Shown here: one piece after another, positions 58,059 to 64,000 of the stretch
Layout: each line of letters starts with the position of its first letter
How positions within the stretch are numbered: position 1 is the stretch's first letter
Assembly: GCF_009914755.1 (NCBI RefSeq)
Contig: NC_060935.1
DNA length: 64,000 nt
Origin: the human T2T-CHM13v2.0 reference genome, Homo sapiens
Direction: 5' to 3' (one strand)
The notes under the pieces: generated by a model
Databases searched by the model: none
Seen by the model: only the letters and a program-made list of their open reading frames with translations
What the model was told of the DNA's origin: nothing
Program-made: the position numbers and the translations under genes

Positions 58059-60900
58059 ATTCCCCCCTTTTGGTCATTTTCTCAATTTTGAGAGATTGAC
58101 TAAAACTTTAGTCACTGATGTCAGTATTACCATCATAAATGTACTTCATTTGGTCTTGAAACCCACTGAGAAACAGTAGAACAGTGAGTCTTGCAAAGAT
58201 AGGCACAGAGACTGAGTAGTGGGTACCTCTTTATGCTGGAGTATACTGTTTGCAGGAGAAAAACAAAACCCGGTCCTTTCTGTCTAGGATCTATGTTTCT
58301 TTAAAGTCTTAGTTTGATTGGGTCACATTTAGCATGAGCGACTCCATTTTTGTTTGGTTTGGTCTGTTGGGGCCTAGTACATGAGCTTAGTCCAAAACAA
58401 TGGCCTCCCATAGTTTTGTTTTAAAAAATTTCCCCTTTTGACCAGGTTCTCACTTAGGTGAGTGTAACCAAAACTTAGAGCCTCAGCACCACCCTCAGTT
58501 ACCATCATTTTGGGTTTCCAGTCTCAGCATGTCATTCATAGGTTATGGTGTCCTATAATATTTCTTTCAGCTCTTGTCATTCCAGTTGAAGAGAGACCAT
58601 TTGACATTCTGGAGATGGCTGTATGCAAACATTTAAAACGTTGGAAAGAATAGAGTGCGCTAGGGAGACTATTATGACTATTGGGAGGATAATACCAAGA
58701 GTTTGGAGTATGCTCCTTACCCAGGGTCCCCATAAACCAAACCACCTAAAATCAAATAGATCAAAGAATGAGCTAACCAGTCTACTCACTTAACTAAGCA
58801 GTCTCTTCATTAATCCTCTAAAACTGAATCTCTACAATACCAGATTTTTTCTCCATAGGACACAACTGCCAACAGCTGCACATACACAGATACTTTTCTT
58901 TTAGCCAATTCTATTATTTAGCTTAACTTTCACAAGAGAATTTAAAGTCTGTTGTGTAACCATAGCCTTTACAGAAGAATCCGCTATAGAGCCGATTACG
59001 TGGGATACGTTTCTAATCATTGCCTTTTTTATTCCAAATCATGGACAAAGGACCTAACAAATGATGCCCTTCTAGAAGAGTGAAAGCTTCCTGGCAGTGT
59101 TCTCTTTAATTCATGATGTGAATTAAGAAGAGTGAATTAATGTTATGTTTCTGACTGATGATGAGGCAACGTATGTACCATTAAAGTTTCTCACCTACAT
59201 TGGGCCTTCATCTTTTACCTTATAAAGTATAAGGTTATCCATGAATAAGGCTGGCTGCAAAATCCTTCACAAATAAAAGTATACCCTATAAGTGCACACA
59301 ACAGACCCCCTTTTCATTTGTTTTGTTCATAGAAGCATAAACAAGAAAAAATATTCAAAGATAAGAGTCTTATGATAGTAGAAGTCTTGATCTGTGATCA
59401 TGGGAAAAGCTGTTCACATCAAGGATGCCGTTTTCTGGGGAGAGACTTACCTGGTTAGCTTTACCCTAAGGGTTTCAATGAGTGCACATTTTTAAGAGTG
59501 AGGAGGGACCCTTCTCAGTTGTGAGATTATGAATCCAAAATTCAGGGTTCCAAAGTTTTGCTGCAATGTGGATGGCAAGGACAGTCTTTCTCTGATGTTC
59601 TTAGATGATCCGGTCTTTGGGTTCTAGATTGTGAAGGGGTTGACTGTCCTCAGTGAACCATAAAAAAGCTTCCTGGTGAAAATACACTGTAGCATAATAA
59701 CTTAGTGTTATAACATTAGTCCTCTTGCATGGGGAGAGCTTTTATGCAACCAGAAAACATGCATTGAAAATAACAGTTGAATGAAATCTTTTTATAAAAT
59801 GTTTAAATGGCCCATCAGGTGACCAGATGTACCTGAAGCTTTGATTGTTTTCCTAGGAATATAGGACCAAACATTGTTTATAAACTATTTTAGCAATTTG
59901 TAAGTCACCACACCAATATATTCAATTTGGATCATTTTTATCTTCTCTACGACGAGTCATGGAATGCTTTAAGGACTCAGGAAGGACAAGGTGCCCATCC
60001 TCGTTCTCCATGAGTCCATGCTTAATTAACATTAGACTTATGTCCTCTTGAATACCAGTAGTTTCTTCAAACTATGTGAATAGCACTAATAACTGATGGG
60101 TTATCTTGGGTAATTTGACTTAGACCTTAGAGTTCATTCATATTGTGTATCTAAACAATTTCAGTATTAGCTGATTTTGCATTAAAATCTGGCAATTTTC
60201 TTGATATTTAATTAATTTTTGTTCTGCTTGGGTTAGCAGTTTTATAAACCAGTCCGTCTTTTCATTGAAGTTCCAGGAATTCTTACCCAGTTCAAATGAT
60301 ATGATTCTGAAGTTATTAGAAACCTGTATTTAAGAGTGCTTTTTAGGATCCTTTTCATCCTTTCCTGAACCTCCTAAAAGACACCATATTCTAGGATTTT
60401 GTGTGCTCATGAAGTTTTCAGAAACTGCATCAGCATTAAGCAATTAACTGTGGGAATGACTTTAAATCATTATAGATGAAAACACAATTGACAAGGAAAT
60501 TTGGTTATTTCTGTGGTCTACAATAACTTAACATAATAACCACAGTTATGATTAATAGCATATACTCAGACATATTAGAATTATAGAGATCTCGTACAAC
60601 TTTGTAACATATGTTAATATCACTCACTAAAATATAATCTGAAGAAGATTAAACTTTTTTTTTTTTTTTTGACAATGCTTCCCATGTAACATGTCAAATC
60701 TGTAATCTGTTTACCTCTCTTTTGGATGCTTTCGGGGCCCTCTGTAGCATTTCAGTGTTAGAGGAAAGAAAAGGCAATTTTGAAGCTGAAATTTGATTTT
60801 GGTACCCCATCAAATATGTTAAAGGTTTAAAACACTTGATACTATGAAATAGAATTCCAGGTTACCGTAAGTCATTCATTTAGCCAAAATGATGAGTCAA

Positions 60901-61206
60901 ATTTTTTTTTTTTTTTTTTTTGAGACGGAGTCTCGAGATGCTCTGTCGCCCAGTCTGGAGTGCAGTGGTGCAATCTCAGCTCACTGCAAGCTCCGCCTCG
61001 GGTTCATGCCATTCTCCTGCCTCAGCCTCCTGAGTAGCTGGGACTACAGGTGCCCGCTACCATGCCCAGCTAATTTTTTTGTATTTTTAGTACAGACGGG
61101 GTTTCACCATGTTAGCCAGGATGGTCTCGATCTCCTGACCTCGTGATCCACCTGTCTCGGCCTCCCAAAGTGCTGGGAATACAGGCGTGAGCCACCGCAA
61201 GCAGCC
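60901..61206 (-). mobile_element. AluY-like
   Basis: gcaagctccgcctc; gttagccaggatggtctcgatctcc. Confidence 0.9.
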
Positions 61207-61331
61207 GTCAAAAATTTTTTAAAAGCTAAAACCTTTACTCACTGATAGAGTGAAGACTTAACTTTCCGAATCATCTGTCTCTTGTCTTTCCCCCAGCCCC
61301 TTTTTTGGTAGTTTATTTAAAGGCAAACAAA

Positions 61332-61650
<319 letters not shown>

Positions 61651-61831
61651 AAAAGGCAAACAAAAATGTTTCATTATCTTTTAATATTACATGAAAATCT
61701 TGTTCAAGAGAGAAAGCCAAATTTCACTGTTGTACTACTGTACTATTAATGTCAACCGCAATTTATAATAAAACCTTAAAGACAAATCTTTCCAATCTTA
61801 GTTTGACCATAAGGTGAGATTTTCATAAACC

Positions 61832-64000
<2,169 letters not shown>

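Overview
Repeat-rich primate genomic DNA, almost certainly human chr11p13, containing the 5' part of TRIM44 on the + strand: a CpG-island promoter (~27.4-28.4 kb), coding exon 1 (ATG 27876, donor after 28544), a 21.5-kb intron 1, the 78-nt coding exon 2 (50024-50101) and the start of intron 2. Later exons lie outside the window. The rest is intergenic or intronic, with about 28 Alus, L1 fragments, MaLR/ERV1 LTRs and DNA-transposon fossils. Nearly all other ORFs in the track are repeat-derived or chance. I found no convincing new gene or previously undescribed multi-part system. The best second-look items are structural or regulatory: a 138-bp templated local duplication inserted into an MLT1 LTR; a younger L1 nested in an older L1 with a 17-bp target-site duplication (TSD); a MaLR>MER39>MER41A/Alu stack just upstream of the promoter; an antisense MER57 provirus with polypurine tract and env remnant in intron 2; a perfect ISRE beside ETS/CACCC motifs about 12 kb upstream; and a repeat-free homeodomain/POU/FOX motif cluster. 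Repeat subfamily names come from my recall of consensus sequences, and repeat boundaries are approximate.
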